Origin: Eledone cirrhosa
Taxonomy: Eukaryota
Direction: 5' to 3'
Assembly: GCA_964016885.1 (NCBI GenBank)
Contig: OZ024742.1
Coordinates: forward strand, 211,358,001 to 211,422,000
Length of the DNA stretch: 64,000 nt
Under the pieces are notes generated by a model. The model made no database searches and was not told the origin of the DNA. It was given only the letters and a program-made list of their open reading frames with translations. A program made the translations under genes and the position numbers. This document shows, piece after piece, positions 13,165 to 27,221 of the stretch (position 1 is the stretch's first letter; each line of letters begins with the position of its first letter).

Positions 13165-13852
13165 TGATCTTCTACAAGTGCATAGAGTATGGTTCTCTAT
13201 AAACTTGAAACGATAATGTAAATTAGAAGCTCTGCTAGTTAGTAGTAATGTGACTCATTTGTAAAAATTAAACCACATCACTAGGTGCTACATTATTAAA
13301 TATTTCCATTGATGAAGTGCAAAGCCATTTTTAATCACGAGACAGTATAGACAGAAAAAAAAAATTTTAAAGGGAGGATAACGAGGGGACAAACTCTAAA
13401 CCCTTGGCTAGCTGGTATATTTCAGCTGCTGCATCTCATAGACAAGATGATGAAATCATTTAGCCATTCCACTTAAGAGGGATACTTTTTCAGTCATAAT
13501 GCCCTCCTCCTAGTTTGACAAAGGAAAACAGTAGCCTTAGGGATTGAAGAAACCAGAGGTATGTATGGCAACACAGCACAAAAAGGAAATGGTGAGTCAG
13601 TGTCTGGTATTTAGTTACCTTCTGCACTTGAGGCACCAAAGAAAATATTACAACACATGGCGACCCTCCTGAAAGATTTTTTTTTACTTTTTCCGTCCAC
13701 TTTTAATCGATTTTACAAATTGTAAAACAAACAGATATAGGGTTGTTGTTTTTTAAATAAATACTATTAAAAAAAAATTGTTTGCAAATTCATTCTTAAA
13801 TCTATCAACATAAATCACTAACACTCCCAACAAGAGAAATATATAAATGAAA

Positions 13853-13990
13853 GTTTGGCGTTAGGAAGGGCATCCAACAGTAGAAAACCAGCTAGACACG
13901 GTCACCCGACCCAACTTGTCTCAAATAGGACAAACCCGTCTAACCCATGCTCACGTGGAAGATAGACGTTAAACGATGATGATGATGATG
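13853..13990 (+). mobile_element. RTE 3' tail fragment
   Basis: ttggcgttaggaagggcatcc...aacccatgc...gacgttaaac(gat)n. Confidence 0.75.
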
Positions 13991-14759
13991 AAACTGGTAC
14001 AGTACAATAGTTTGTAAAAGAAAGTAACACTGGTAAGTTTCCATATGGTTCCAACTATGATATATCATCGTTGTTTTAACGTTCGCTTTCCCTGCGAGAA
14101 AAGGTTAGACTTATAACTTAATATATAATGGTCACGTTCCGAGTAAACCTAGAAATAAAAGAGATGGGCGTATTTATTGTTTCCTTCCTCTCACACTCAA
14201 TCTATTTACAACTTTTATTACATCTCCCTCCTTCAAAAACAATAACATAAACAAGGACCTTGGAGGCAGGTTTGTGGGCAACATAGCATACAACTAAAAG
14301 AACAACGACGTCTATTTATCAACAAATGTAGTGCTAAGTAAACCACTGTGTAAATGATCGATAATATTACTATAATTGATTTAGATCAATGGAAAATGAA
14401 ATACAGTGATGGCAGGAGCAACAGGGATGAGAAGAGATAGAAAGCAGAATGAACATTATGAAGGTCATAAAAAACTCGAGATTCCAAGCAGCGTCTTCTT
14501 CACATAGTATGTGGTAATCAAGGAAATATTAAACTAAACATGTTAAAAAAACCCAAGTGTGTTTAATGAGCATAATGAAAAAGTTAGGGCGGAGTGCATA
14601 CTCCGCGTGAGAAGCGAAAGGGCTTCCATATCCTGTACCCCTCCCTCAAACTTTTTATTATTATGACCGTTTTTTTTTTTTAAAAAAAGGGATTTTGTTT
14701 TAAACATCAATTATGGTCTTTCCGTTATACATACATACATATATATATATATAATGTAT

Positions 14760-14947
14760 TAGTAGTAGTAAATACAAAGAACAAAGAGAGATGCAATAAT
14801 ATATATATATATGCAACATATATAAACCAGTAGAGCAAATATTTAACACAGATTTAAAACTTAAGCAAACAATTTCTTGTTTCACCGTTTAGAAGATCCC
14901 GTAAAACGATGAAAGCAGAAATTGATTGCTTAAACTTTTAATCTGTG
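14760..14947. mobile_element. Fold-back mini-element with a degenerate hammerhead (family H7)
   Basis: Arms 14847-14890 and 14903-14947; gtt-TAGAAGA...GAAA gca..tgc TT aaac; relatives at 19030-19096 and 34540-34640. Confidence 0.55.
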
Positions 14948-16339
14948 CTATATATATATATATATATATATCAATATCAACAGTGTTCATGTGCCGCAGT
15001 TTAAACCATAATGCATTGCATAATGAACCTGGCGTCGCTAACAAAGAAAAAGTTAAAGCAGATTATTGAGTTAGTTTTTTTTATGTTCAAATAATTGTTA
15101 ATGGCGTCTGTCATCATATAGAAGAAAAAACGTACAGTGAGAATGAAAAAGTATATTTACTAATATTAGAAAGCAACACAACTGTACGACATGATAAAGA
15201 GTGGTTCTTAATTTTATCAACATAACACTGTTGATATTGATTGTATTAAAGAGTTTATTCCTCAACCCCGCCAACAAAGAAATATAAAAATAAAACCGAT
15301 AATGAAAGTAATAATAATAATTTTCAACGGTTATATATATATAAATAGATTTTCCCAAAGTATAAACATACGTACACACACAGCAACAAAAACGCAGCCA
15401 GTAACTAGCTAGTAGTCTCCAAAATTCATTGTTTACGTAATACGCTGATAGCTATGTAATAATAATCGTTTTAAAACGATAATAACATTGTTTTAATGCT
15501 CCAGAGAAGACGTGTATATAATGTGTTTATGTGAATATAAACACGAAACAGCATTTAAACATACAGTTAAAATGTATTCCTATGCACGCATACATACATA
15601 CATACATTCATCTGAATTACAAGCGTGTATCTGCGCGCGGACATACGTATGCGTGTGTTACTATTGGCGTAAAACGGGTATTGTAACAGTTTGTTCTGTA
15701 GTAAATGTAAGCTTGGACATCATTTTAGAAAATAAATCACAATATAAAATGTGCGCGCGCGTCACTGAGATGGGGTTGGTGAAGCCGTGCTTAGTTATTG
15801 CACTTTACCAGAAGATAGTACTGTTTCGTGCACCTAAACCACAGTGCACATTTATTTAGAAGAGATTAGTTAACCATTTCATTTCTTAACGTACAAAAAC
15901 GCAGCAATACACTCTAGGTTGGTTAGGTACTGCTGTTTGGCCACTAGAATTGTTGCCTGCAGCTATCTCCACGTTCTCAGCAATTCTGTGGCTAGTGTTG
16001 ACTTATAATTTCAAAATAATTTTGAATAATTGATTGCTTTTTTTTTTTTCCTTCCTCCTAATTTTTGCATATAAAATATGTATGGACAGAATATAAAGTT
16101 TGTAAATCTACATCTTATATACCCTAATATCTGTAATCTGTTTCAACTAAAGCCTTTTCATACTTTGACCGTTAACCAGCGCTAAAAGATTGAAAAAACA
16201 CAAAGCAGATCTTTAGTGATTCACTTTTAAGGCTAAAAATTTGGGAGCTTCTAATCATTTAACATTTTCTAATTTACCCAGACTGTTCTAAGATATACTC
16301 CTCCAACAAGCCAATCACGGACGAGAGGGGCATACTTAA

Positions 16340-16560
16340 CCCTTTAGCATTTAAACCGGCCACATCCGGCCAAAATTCTCTCATTTCTTTCTGTTCAAAC
16401 CAGTTGTAACCGGCCACTCATACTGATGTTAAGGTATTGTTCTCAAAATAAATAATATCAAGATCTCATAGACTCGATATTATGTGAGATAATTATGTTA
16501 GATAAAGCCTTTACCACAAAAATACAATAGTATATATAGAGTAATGAAAATACTAAAGGG
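16340..16560. mobile_element. piggyBac-like MITE
   Basis: TTAA on both sides (16336-16339 and 16561-16564); 13-bp TIR ccctttagcattt / aaatactaaaggg. Confidence 0.85.
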
Positions 16561-16644
16561 TTAACACAAAGCATTACTTATTTATTCTAAAAAAAAACTT
16601 TAATACAGTTTGTAAAGAGAATGTTATCTAGATAAAACTGAACA

Positions 16645-16935
16645 AATCATCATCATCACTCTTTTTACGACCGTTTTTCTACGCTTGCATAGAGGTTGGA
16701 CAGGTCCGTTTCAGCACAGCATCTCTCCACTCGCTGTGTTCCCTCGTCATCTCCTCTGTAAGTCTCAGTTCTCACCACCTCTGCCCAGGTTTTCCTTGGT
16801 CTACCTCCACTGTGGCTTCCCTCTACTGGGATTTCCTTCACCCAGCGATCATCATCCATGCACATCACATGTCCATACCAATGCAGTTTTCTCTCTTGCA
16901 CATCACTTTGGATTCTTCTTAAATCCAGTTTCTCT
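16645..16935 (-). mobile_element. RTE LINE 3' fragment
   Basis: ELREKLDL...LHWYGHVMCMDDDRWVK...GRPRKTW. Confidence 0.8.
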
Positions 16936-17589
16936 CTCAGTTCATTTGAAAAATACAAAGGCATTCTTCCAGTCTTCCATGATGAAATTTGCTCAATGGG
17001 TGCATTTGAAAGAAATGACCATAAATGAATGAAAGGCCAAGTCAAAACTAGTGAGATTGAAACTTGACATGCAATGGGATGTAACTAAATACCAAAGGCA
17101 TTTTAGTTCTGCCACTCACTATTCTCTCAAAGTTACAATAATATATTATTATTAGCAGTCACAGCACCAAAGACTGGACCTTCAGATTCCTTTCATTACC
17201 TTCAAGTATCCTTCATCGTAAGTGAGATGCATCATCTATCTTAAATGATGACAATGAAAGAGAAAAAAAAGAAAGTTTAATACACAAATTTTCAATATGA
17301 AATGAGAAGTATATATAAAAGGATATTTTTTATTATGTATTTGTCATGTTAGACTCTAATCTCTTAGATTTTCAGAACACATCAACACTCATCTATAATA
17401 TGTTTATTATGCAGAATGTATTTACATTATACCTACTTAACCTGATAACTTAGCAAAATGGTCTTTGAACTGCCAACTATGTTCATATGTGCTTGAAAGT
17501 GTCTTAGGTTTAATGCCATGTTTTATAGAATGTGCAACAGAAAAAGAAGAAACCTCATATTTAATAAATAACATGCAAGTTGAATATAT

Positions 17590-18063
17590 AGTAAGGGTCA
17601 GAAGTCAATCGAAGCCATGGAGTGGGGAGACGCAAGAAGACCTGGGACGAGGTGATAAAAGCGGACCCAATTGCACCTCTCAATGGCGACGACACACAAC
17701 CGTGACCTCTGGCGTCACGCAGTAACACAGAAGACCCAACTTCCCATGGGAACAAGCCGAAGCCGGAGCATATAGACAATATGCCCCCATCCCCTCCCAC
17801 CGCAAAGTGGTCATGGCGGTGTCACAACAAAAAAGCACCCAGACCACACTGTAAAGTGGTCATGTAGGTGCCACGGAAAAAAGCACGCAGCACTCACTGT
17901 AAATGAGGTTGGTGTTAGGAAGGGCATCCAGCTGTAGAAATCAAGCCAAAATCAGTTTCCGTATGAGCAAGACAAGCTCACCCGACCTAACATTGCCCAC
18001 AACAGGACAACCCATCTAACCCATGCTAGCGTGGAAGAATGGACGTAAAACGATGATGATGAT
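17590..18063 (+). mobile_element. RTE LINE family B 3' end
   Basis: GRRKKTWDEVIK remnant, shared tail with an internal duplication, (gat)n end. Confidence 0.8.
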
Positions 18064-18080
18064 AATATATATATATAGTA

Positions 18081-18965
18081 CTAGCTGGCCCATTCGGCTG
18101 GCACCTGGCTAGGTATACTGGCATTTTATTTTTCAGGAATCCCCCCTCCACTCGACTGCAAAGATACCGCACGCCTTCTTGTGTCTGCGAGGTTGGGGTG
18201 GGAGTTAACGTGCTCTGATGTTGGGTTTGAATAGTTTTTAGGATTCCTCAGTTCAGCAGCCAGTACGTTAAAGAAAATTGATAGTTACAACAATAAAGGC
18301 TGAACAGAGAACAAATTTTTTAACAAACAATAGTTTGTACAACCATAATGGAAATTCCAAGTAACAGAAAATATTTAAATTACATTGTTAGAGCCTCAGA
18401 GTATACAATATTTTTTGTTCGGCCCTCCGGAGCAAAGATGAAGAGATTGTTTGGCGAGCTCACCCTAGAGCATCCTACATACAATTGACCATGGGAGAAT
18501 CACTGATTTCGTAGCTCGTCTCGCAGAGAAGATCTGTAGACGTTGACCTCTGGACACTCCTGTCAGGAGCAGGTAAGCTGTAATGACTTAGAGGCCTACC
18601 ACCAATCCCCAGGACACTGTTTTCAAGACAAATGAGCGCCTCATTGAAAACGACATCGTATGTTACGTTCGTATTGTGTCTGCGTGTGCGGTGGAGGATG
18701 TCCTCAGCTAGACTTTCGCGATGGTTGTTCCACAGTGCGAGAAGGTCAGCGAGATCGCAGTTGTGCAGCGTAATAGCAAAAGGTTTTCGCAGCTGAGAAG
18801 GGACTTTAGCAGTTGCTGCTTCTTGCAGGGTGAGGTGCCAATGGCTGTCATTGTGTAACATATCACGCATCTAGCAAGCCAAACGGTTAGTGGAACATTG
18901 ATGGCCATTGATGGTTCTCAGATCTTGGAAAGACTGTAATCCTCTAACCTCGAACAGTAACAATG
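18081..18965 (-). mobile_element. Internally deleted Helitron (Rep/PIF1 helicase fragments, CTAG 3' end)
   Basis: LLFEVRGLQSFQDLRTING...HWHLTLQEAA..PSQLR..LWNNHRESLAEDI, then SHGQLYVGCSRVSSPNNLFIFAPEGRTKNIVYSEAL*; ends ...CTAG followed by T. Confidence 0.9.
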
Positions 18966-19551
18966 ACGATAAGCCATCTGTGCTTTCGTGAAATAAATAG
19001 GTTTTAGTTTTGTGTATGCAAAAATATCTGTATATTAAAATAACAGATTAAAGTTTAAGCAAAGGCTTACACCCTTAACGGGATCTTCTGAAACTCAAAA
19101 AATCAATCTGTGAACGCAGAAGTAAATATTTCGAAAAACGTTATCTAATGTAGACAGCCAGACATACAGAGACATATTATAAGGGCGCTACGTTATAGCT
19201 AAGTATCTATCTAAAAAGACAGACTAAGAAAAAGAGGGGAATGTTGTATAGCCGGAAGTGTCGACATTTGAAATTTTAAAGAAGTGAATATTTAAATAAT
19301 GTCTTTAATCTTTTAACAAAATTCAGTAGACAAAAATACCCTCACTTTTTTACTTGGAAAAAGTTACATCTATGGTGCAAATTTGGTGCTGTTTGATCCA
19401 GCCGTTTGGCAAAAAGGTTGTTACATACATACGGCCGTCAGCTTTATATTATAGATGTATGTATGTAAAAGGTAAACAGAAACAACAACACATTCAGTAC
19501 AGTATATGGAAGGAATATATTAGTTTAACACTTCAAATAGTAGGAAGAGAG

Positions 19552-19587
19552 TCTTAACATTTCGGACGCTAGTCCATCATCAGAAGA
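19552..19587 (-). ncRNA. Minimal type I hammerhead ribozyme (family H2) in a PLE-like 3' end (about 19470-19600)
   Basis: tctt-CTGATGA-t ggac tagc gtcc-GAAA-tg-TT-aaga. Confidence 0.7.
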
Positions 19588-20199
19588 AAGAATGGGAAAT
19601 TAGAAAGACTGAAGGGACGGGCAGGGCGGAATCGGAAAAAAACTTTTTAGAGAAAAATAACAGATCCATTCATGTTGCCATCTCTTGGAAAACTGTTGAT
19701 GCAGGCGTTTTGTGTATGATATACGTTTTAGAAAAGTAGACGATGGAGCGCATCAGAAGAAAATACAGTTATTTAAGACGAATAGACAGTAATGTAATGT
19801 ATTCAGTTCATTTTCATGTCGTCTCTCCATGTTTCTTGGTCCATTTACCTATCTGTTTATTAATCTGGTATATGTCTGTTTAACTTAGAACTTTTCAATA
19901 TTATCGATAATTCTGTCAGACCCTCAAAAATAATCTTCTCGCATTTAAACTCTGATTACTTGTTATATGTTCGTTTTAACTTATCAATAAGGTTGAATCT
20001 GTAGGACCTTTATAAAAATAATCTTCTCGTTAACTTTCCCACTTCCACACGCCATCATTACTATTTGGTCCAATCATAATTCAGCGGTTTCTAGTACGCT
20101 TCTCTTACCAATCTCTATCACAAAACCACCGCCTCAGCTATTACTCCTTAAGTTTAGACCTGGTTACTTTTCGATATGCTAAATGGACTAGAGAAATTT

Positions 20200-23100
20200 G
20201 GAGAGTCTGAACAATCTGAACACTCAATGACAATGTCAAAAAGATAAAGATAAATTCACCTCCTGTTGCCGGACGAGAATGCAAGGACTCCTCTTTATTT
20301 CAGACACGGATGGCTAACATAATCCCATCTCCCACACCCCTCCCTACCACCCACCCAACGAAATCCAAAACTTCAGAGTTGGTACCATGAATGTAGGCAC
20401 TTTGAAAGGTCGCTCTTAAGAGGGTGTAGAGATTCTTGAACGTAAGGAGACTAGGTGGAGGGGTGGGTCTGCTAGATTCATTGTGGGTAAAAAACGATGC
20501 TATAAACTTTTCTGGGTGGGAAATGACAATGAGCTGGGTGGTGTAGGAATTATGTTAGCAGAAAAATGGGTAGATAAGGTAATTGCCATAAATAGAGGGA
20601 ACGATAGAATAATTAAAATAAGACTAGTTCTAAATAGAACTACTGTGACAATAATATCCACTTATGCACCTGAATCTGGACTACCTGATGTTATAAAAGA
20701 CAGATTCTATGAGTCGCTAATGCTCACTACCTCCCAAGTAACCGTGACTACATAATTATTGCCTGCGACCTAAATGGTCATGTTGGATAACATTGTGATG
20801 TCCATGACGGAATCCATGGAGGCTATGGGTTTGGTACTAGAAATGAGGAAGGCTTCAGAATCTTGGAATTCTGTGACGCTAATAACTTCACTATCTGTAA
20901 CACAAACTTCAAAAAACGAGATAATCACTTGATCACCTATAGATCAGGGGAACACACCAGTCAGATAGATTATATCCTTACTAGAAGACGTGTCAGAGTG
21001 TCTGTTGTAAACACTAAATCCTTCTCCCGTGAAGAATGCACCTCCCAACATAGCCTCATAGTCAGGACTAGACATACTTAACAACAGAGGAGGACTACCT
21101 TGAGGAGAAGAATATGGAAGTTAAAGGACCCCACAGCCAGTAACAAATTTAAAAGCATATTACTTGATGCTTTTGACGGTAAGGAAGAGCAATTAGAGAC
21201 GTACAATATAGAGGAACAGTGAGAATTCTTGAAAGTTAACCAGCTGAAGGCGACATATGAAATCTGTGGCTGGAGCAGACCTCTAGGCAGGAGGAGAGTA
21301 ACTTGGTGGTGGAACAGTAAGGTGGAGGAGTCAATCAAGGCCAAAGAGCAGGCTTGGAAAGTATGGCGGGATGGGGGAAGTATAGAACACTATCAAGTGG
21401 CCAGGAGAGAAGCTAGTAGACAAGTGTACTTTGTAAGAAGGGAAGCAGAGGAAAGAAAGTTCAAGCATGTTCTACTACGCGAGGACCAAGTGTGAGGTGT
21501 TCAGGATTGCAAGACAATGTGTCAAGGAAAACCGTGATATTGTCAGGGAGAATTGTGTCCGTAATGATGATGGTGTACTTGCGCTCACTGATGCTGATAA
21601 GAAGGTAGCTTGGAAGTGTCACTACAAGAGACTACTAAATGAGGAGAATAAATGGGAAAAAGATAGACTGTCTCAAATCGATCCAATAGAGGGACCAACA
21701 GTGCAAGTTAAAGGTAGTATAAGTAAGGCAATCAAAGATATGAAGACAGGCAAGGCAGCTGGGCCTTCGGAGATAGTTGCTGAGATGTTGAAAGCGTCTG
21801 GAATGGTGGGACACACTATGGTCACCTGGATAGTAAACCAAGTCATACAGAATGGGGTCATACCAAAAGACTAGCATAGCAGCAGCATCATTAACTGCTA
21901 CAAGGGTAAAGGAGATTCTCTAGATAGGGGAAACTATAGAGACATTAAGTTAGTTGACCAGGTCATGAAGGTCACAGAAAGAGTTATAGCGCAACTAATC
22001 AGAGAGTGAATTGATCTAGATGAAATGCAGTTTGGATTTGTGTCAGGTAAAAGTACCACAGACCTCTTTTCCTTTTACGACAACTACAGGAGAAGTACCT
22101 AGCTAAAAGTAAACCCCTCTACTTAGCTTTTGTTGACTTGGAGAAAGCCTTTGACAGTCCCCCACTCCATTATCTGGTGGGCTCTTAGAAAACTAGGTGT
22201 TGATGAAGAAACAATCAGCAAGGTTAGAATTAACAATGAATATTGTGAAGAATTTAGCGTAAAAGTTGGTGTTCATCAGGGCTCTGTCCTTAGCCCCCTA
22301 CTATTTATTATTGCCCTTCAAGCTATTACAGAGGGGTTCAAGACCGGCTGCCCATGGGAACTTCTATACGCAGATGAGCTAGAGATGGCTGAACTAGAGA
22401 ACAAATTCCAAACATGGAAGCATGGCCTAGAATCAAAAGGCCTTAAAGTTAACTTGCCTAAGACTAAAGTTCTAGTATGTAGAAAGGAAAATAGGGCACA
22501 GGTGCCCTCTGAGAAATGCTCAGTGTGTAGGCAGAAATTCCGTTTTATGTCCCAAATGCAAACTATGAGTACATAATAGATGTAGTGGGATCACAGATAA
22601 GCTATCTAAGAACGTAGATTTTATATGTGGCCAATGCTCAGGTGCAATAAGTAGCAAGTGTCCACAGGATATTAGCTCCTTCTATTGCCCAGATGGTTCT
22701 ATAGAAATAGTGGACACCTTCTGTTACCTGGGTGACAAAATCAGCAGTGGTGGAAGGTGCTCTGAAAGTACAGTAGCCAGAGTTAGAACGGGATGGAAAA
22801 AGTTCAGAGAGCTAATACTGCTGTTAGCCACTGAAGGTTTCTCTCTAAAAATGAAAGGCAGATTGTATTATGCCTGTATACAAACAGCAACGTTACATGG
22901 CAGTGTGACATGGGCATTGTGTGCAGAGGACATGCATAGACTGGCGAAGAACGAAGCATGCATGCTCCGTTGGATGTGTAATAGTTATATACGCGAACAG
23001 CAAAGCATAAATGAACTGAGAAATTAGGAATAAGAGGGATCAGATGCTGTTTACGCGAGAGAAGACTACATTGGTATGAACACGTGATGTGCATGAAAGA

Positions 23101-23612
23101 CGACAGCTGTATAAAAAAGTGCAGGACTATCAAAATTGATGGTAGTTACAGAGTAGGTAGACCCAGAAAAACCTGGGACGATTTGATAAATTCAACCTTA
23201 CACAATTGCACCTCTCTAAGACAATGTTACTGGACCGAGATCTTTGGCGCTACGCAGTAATACAGAAGTCCCGCCTTGCCTATGTACAAAGTGAAACCTA
23301 CAGTCACTAGGCACCTCTTAACCAAATATACACCCCCACTCCCACCAACACCACCCATTCTCTGTAAAGTTATGTTGGTACCACAACATCCAGTCCAAAA
23401 TAAATGAGGTCGTGTAGTCACGACAAAAAACACAGTCCACGCTGTAATGTGGCGTGTAGGTAACACGGTAAAAACCTCCCAGTCCACACTGTAAACATGG
23501 TTGGTGTTAGGAAGGGCATCCAGCCGTAGAAAACCTGCCAGATAGTTCTGTACGAGCGAGACACAGTCTCCCGACCAATCTTGCCTCAAGTGGGACAATT
23601 CCCATCTAACAC
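20200..23612 (+). mobile_element. Near full-length decayed RTE LINE, family B (APE, RT, PHD-like finger)
   Basis: FRVGTMNVGTLKGRS, SQIDYIL, WWWNSKV, GVHQGSVLSPLLF, WELLYAD, FCYLGD; shared 3' tail. Confidence 0.95.
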
Positions 23613-24169
23613 CATTTATGAAGCTTACAATGACTTATGCCTTCCATAAACAATACTACCTGCAGTTTTTCATATGCTATACTTAAAGTATGGTAGGAAG
23701 GGTATCCAATTCATGAAAAGATCTTGTCTAACCCATGCAATCATAGTCATAAAAATGATTAGGAAGATGCGTTCTGATTTTTAAATTGCTTCAGACACAC
23801 TGTATACTACTGTGATGCCTATACAACTCCAGAAGAAGTTATAAGTCCATACCTACTTACATAGGAAAAGAGCCAATTGTGAGACCAGACCTAGGAAACA
23901 ATGATTTCATTCGTCTTTGCTGATATTTCATTCGTCTTTGCTGATATCTGCAGGCCACAACTCCTGGTAGGAGTGATGTGAAATAAAGTATTTTCCTCAA
24001 GAACAGACCACTCAATCCATGTATGACCTTATGATTGCAAGTCCAACACGCTAACACATCATCAATCTTATACTTGCTTTTCCATACTGGAATCGTTTGG
24101 ACAAGATCTTTGACATAAGATTTCTAAGGCCTGATACCGTTCCTGATGACAACCCATATCTTATTTTAA

Positions 24170-25338
24170 GACGGACGCAGCACAGGCAACCAAATATTCA
24201 CACTGCGGCAGGTCTACAAGAAATCATGGGAGTATTGCCAAGATGTATATTCTTGTTTTGTAGACCTTGAAAAGGCATATGACCGCGTTCCTAGTGACCT
24301 GCTCTGGAAGGTTCTACAGGAGTATGAGATCAATGGTCTGCTCCTTGCTGCCCTGATGACTATACGAATGTCGCAGTGTTTGTGTTCGGATAAATGGTGC
24401 TAAATCGAAACCATTCAAGTGAGAGTCGGACTCTACCATGGTTGTGTAATGTCACCTCTCCTGTTCATTATTTACATGAACAGGATTGACATACACAGCC
24501 GGGTTGGAACTGGTATCATGACTGGTGGGTGTAAAATCAATCAACTGGAATTTGCAGACAAAATGGTGTTACTTAACTCGACAGGTGATCTCCAACTTGC
24601 ACTTGATAGGTTTGATGCCAAGTGTTGCATGGCTGGAATGAAAATTAGTGCTGTGAAAACTGAGACACTCATCCTCTCAAGAAAGCCTGCACAGTGCACT
24701 GTACATGTAAATGGAATTCCACTGAAACGGGTTGAGAAGTTCAAGCATCTCGGGTCGTATTCATGAGTGGCATGAGGCTGAATTAAGTGCAAGAATTGCA
24801 GGAGCTGGTTCAAGTAATGCACCAGCTTTAGCATTCAATAATCAGAAGAAAGGTGGTAGGTATTAAAGCCAAACTGACTATCTTCAAGTCGGTATTCGTG
24901 CCAACCCTTACCTATGGTCATGAATCTTGGGTAATGACTAAAAGAATATGATCGCAAATACAAGCAGCCAAAATGGGATTCCTCCGTAGGGCCTTTGGAG
25001 TAACGTTACTCAATATTGTGTAGCTTAAAGATCAGAGAGTCACTCCAGGTAGAACCACTACTTCTCCGAATTGAGAGATTACAGCTCCGATACTATGGGC
25101 ATGTGGTTAGAATGTCTAAGGAAAGAATCACTGGACAGATTTTACAGGCAAACCAATCAGCAGGAGACCCAGGGGGAGACCTTGAGCGAGATGGTTGGAT
25201 AACATCCATGAGCTTGGCTGGTCTCACTTGGGGATCCAGCCAGATCAGTTGGAGACAGTTGCTTCTGAAAGGACCCGCTGAAAGGAGTGTTTGAGGACTC
25301 TACTCCCACAACCCTCTCGGGAATAAGTGGGCAAAGAG
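24170..25338 (+). mobile_element. RTE LINE family A, 3' half
   Basis: FVDLEKAYD, GCVMSPLLFIIYM, QLRYYGHVVRM. Confidence 0.9.
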
Positions 25339-25718
25339 TAAACCAACACGGTTTCATTCCTCCTAATAATCTGTTTTAAAAAAGAAAAATAATGGACGTT
25401 TGTTGAGTAATTGTGGCACATACAATCACAGACATTGCTCAAGTATAGTTAAAATGTATTTTAGACGCTTAAATTCTTCTCTACAAGTCTAAATTAATAT
25501 TGTACTAAGCCCAAGTCATGACTGATGAGCCAGAATTATCAATGACATACACATACTCTCCCTAGTCCAGTCATGAGCAAATTACAACCCATTTGGCTTT
25601 TTGAATGGCATGCTTAATTTTAAAATTGCCTTGAATATTTTAGGTGTGTCCCCCACCTTATGATGAGCCACATGCTATGTGGTCCACTGCTCGATATATT
25701 TACCCAAATATACATATA

Positions 25719-26038
25719 TAGTGTACCCCGGCATTCACAATCCTGGTCATTTGCGGAATTTTCCTTAGAACCTAACTAATAATTGCTTGTGGAAACCACC
25801 GCATATTCACGGAATTTTAATGGCTTTTTTCGTGGTAATATATATTTTTTAACGCTAAATTAATAATAATATACCGTATTTGCCAGCCTATTGGACGCTC
25901 CTTTGAATAAGATGCACCCTCTTTTTTTAAATTATATTTTACGTTATATTTTGATATTTATAGGCATTTATATAGACCACGTCCAATATTTGCAGGTGCT
26001 CTAGAAACAAACACCGCAAATTCTGGGGGACAACTGTA
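25719..26038. mobile_element. Decayed Tc1/Tigger-like MITE
   Basis: Imperfect TIRs tagtgtaccccggcattcac / gcaaattctgggggacaactg, TA flanks. Confidence 0.4.
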
Positions 26039-26047
26039 TATACACAA

Positions 26048-26450
26048 ATCATCATTGTGACTGTTTAACATCTATTTTCGATGCTTGCATGGGTTAGATG
26101 AGCTGTTATGTACTGCAGCTCCATTTTTGGCATGATTTCTACAACTGGATGCCCTTTCTATTGTCAAACACTTTACATGTACAAGGAGCATTTTATCGTG
26201 CTTCCACCTTACAGGGTGGACTGGGTGCTTCTTTTTTGGCACCAGTACTGGGGAGGCATAAATGGAAGTGGGGCTGTATACCAACATGAGAGAGGAGAAA
26301 GTGGATTGCATATATATATATATATATATATATAATCATCATTGTTTAACATCTATTTTCCACGCTAGCATGGGTTAGACGGGAATTGTCCCACTTGAGG
26401 CAAGATTGGTCGGGTGACTGCGTCTCGCTCGTATAGGACTATCTGGCAGG

Positions 26451-26455
<5 letters not shown>
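26048..26455 (-). mobile_element. Two RTE/SINE 3' tail fragments
   Basis: catcattgt..tttaacatctattttc..gcatgggttaga occurs twice; the second copy matches 23530-23612 in reverse. Confidence 0.7.
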
Positions 26456-26526
<71 letters not shown>

Positions 26527-26716
26527 ATACACACATATATATATATATATAAATTTATACACATACAAAAATGTTTTCACAGGCGTATATACATAATATT
26601 TTGTTAAGCCTTTGTGCACTAAATTAAAATCATAAAGAGTGCAACTCTGCCTTTTAATTTTTCAGGTCAGATAAATTACAGTTCAGAGCTGCTGTTGATT
26701 CTTCCATATCTTTATA

Positions 26717-27065
26717 TCATCATCATCATCATCATTTCATTTTACGTCCGCTTTTTCCCTGCTTGCAAGGGTGGGACGAGAACTGATTCTGGCTTGATTT
26801 CTACAGCTGGATGCCCTTCCTAACACCAACCTCATTTACAGTGAGTGCTGGGTGCTTTTTTGCCGTGGCACCTCCACGACCACTTTACAGTGGAATGATA
26901 TGGACCCCAGTCCTTATCATCTCATTTCTACAGCTGAGTAAACTGGAGCAATGTGAAATAAAGTGTCTTGCTCAAGGAAACAACACATCACCCGGTCTGA
27001 GAATTGAACTCACAACCTTTCGATTGCAAGGCCAATGCTCTAACCACTAAGCCATGTGCCTCCAT
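26717..27065 (-). mobile_element. Full-length SINE, family S1
   Basis: Reverse complement of 12479-12817 with few differences. Confidence 0.9.
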
Positions 27066-27184
27066 ATCTGGAAGAAATCAGCTGTGGAGAAACCTGGGTT
27101 CCAATAAGTTAAAATGCCCCTACAACTGTAACAGTAGTTGAAGACACAAGACAAAATATACACATATATACAATATGTATATTT

Positions 27185-27221
<37 letters not shown>

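Noticed and set aside
23902-23947. Short tandem duplication of about 21 bp (similar case at 32445-32505)
   Set aside because: Ordinary slippage duplication.
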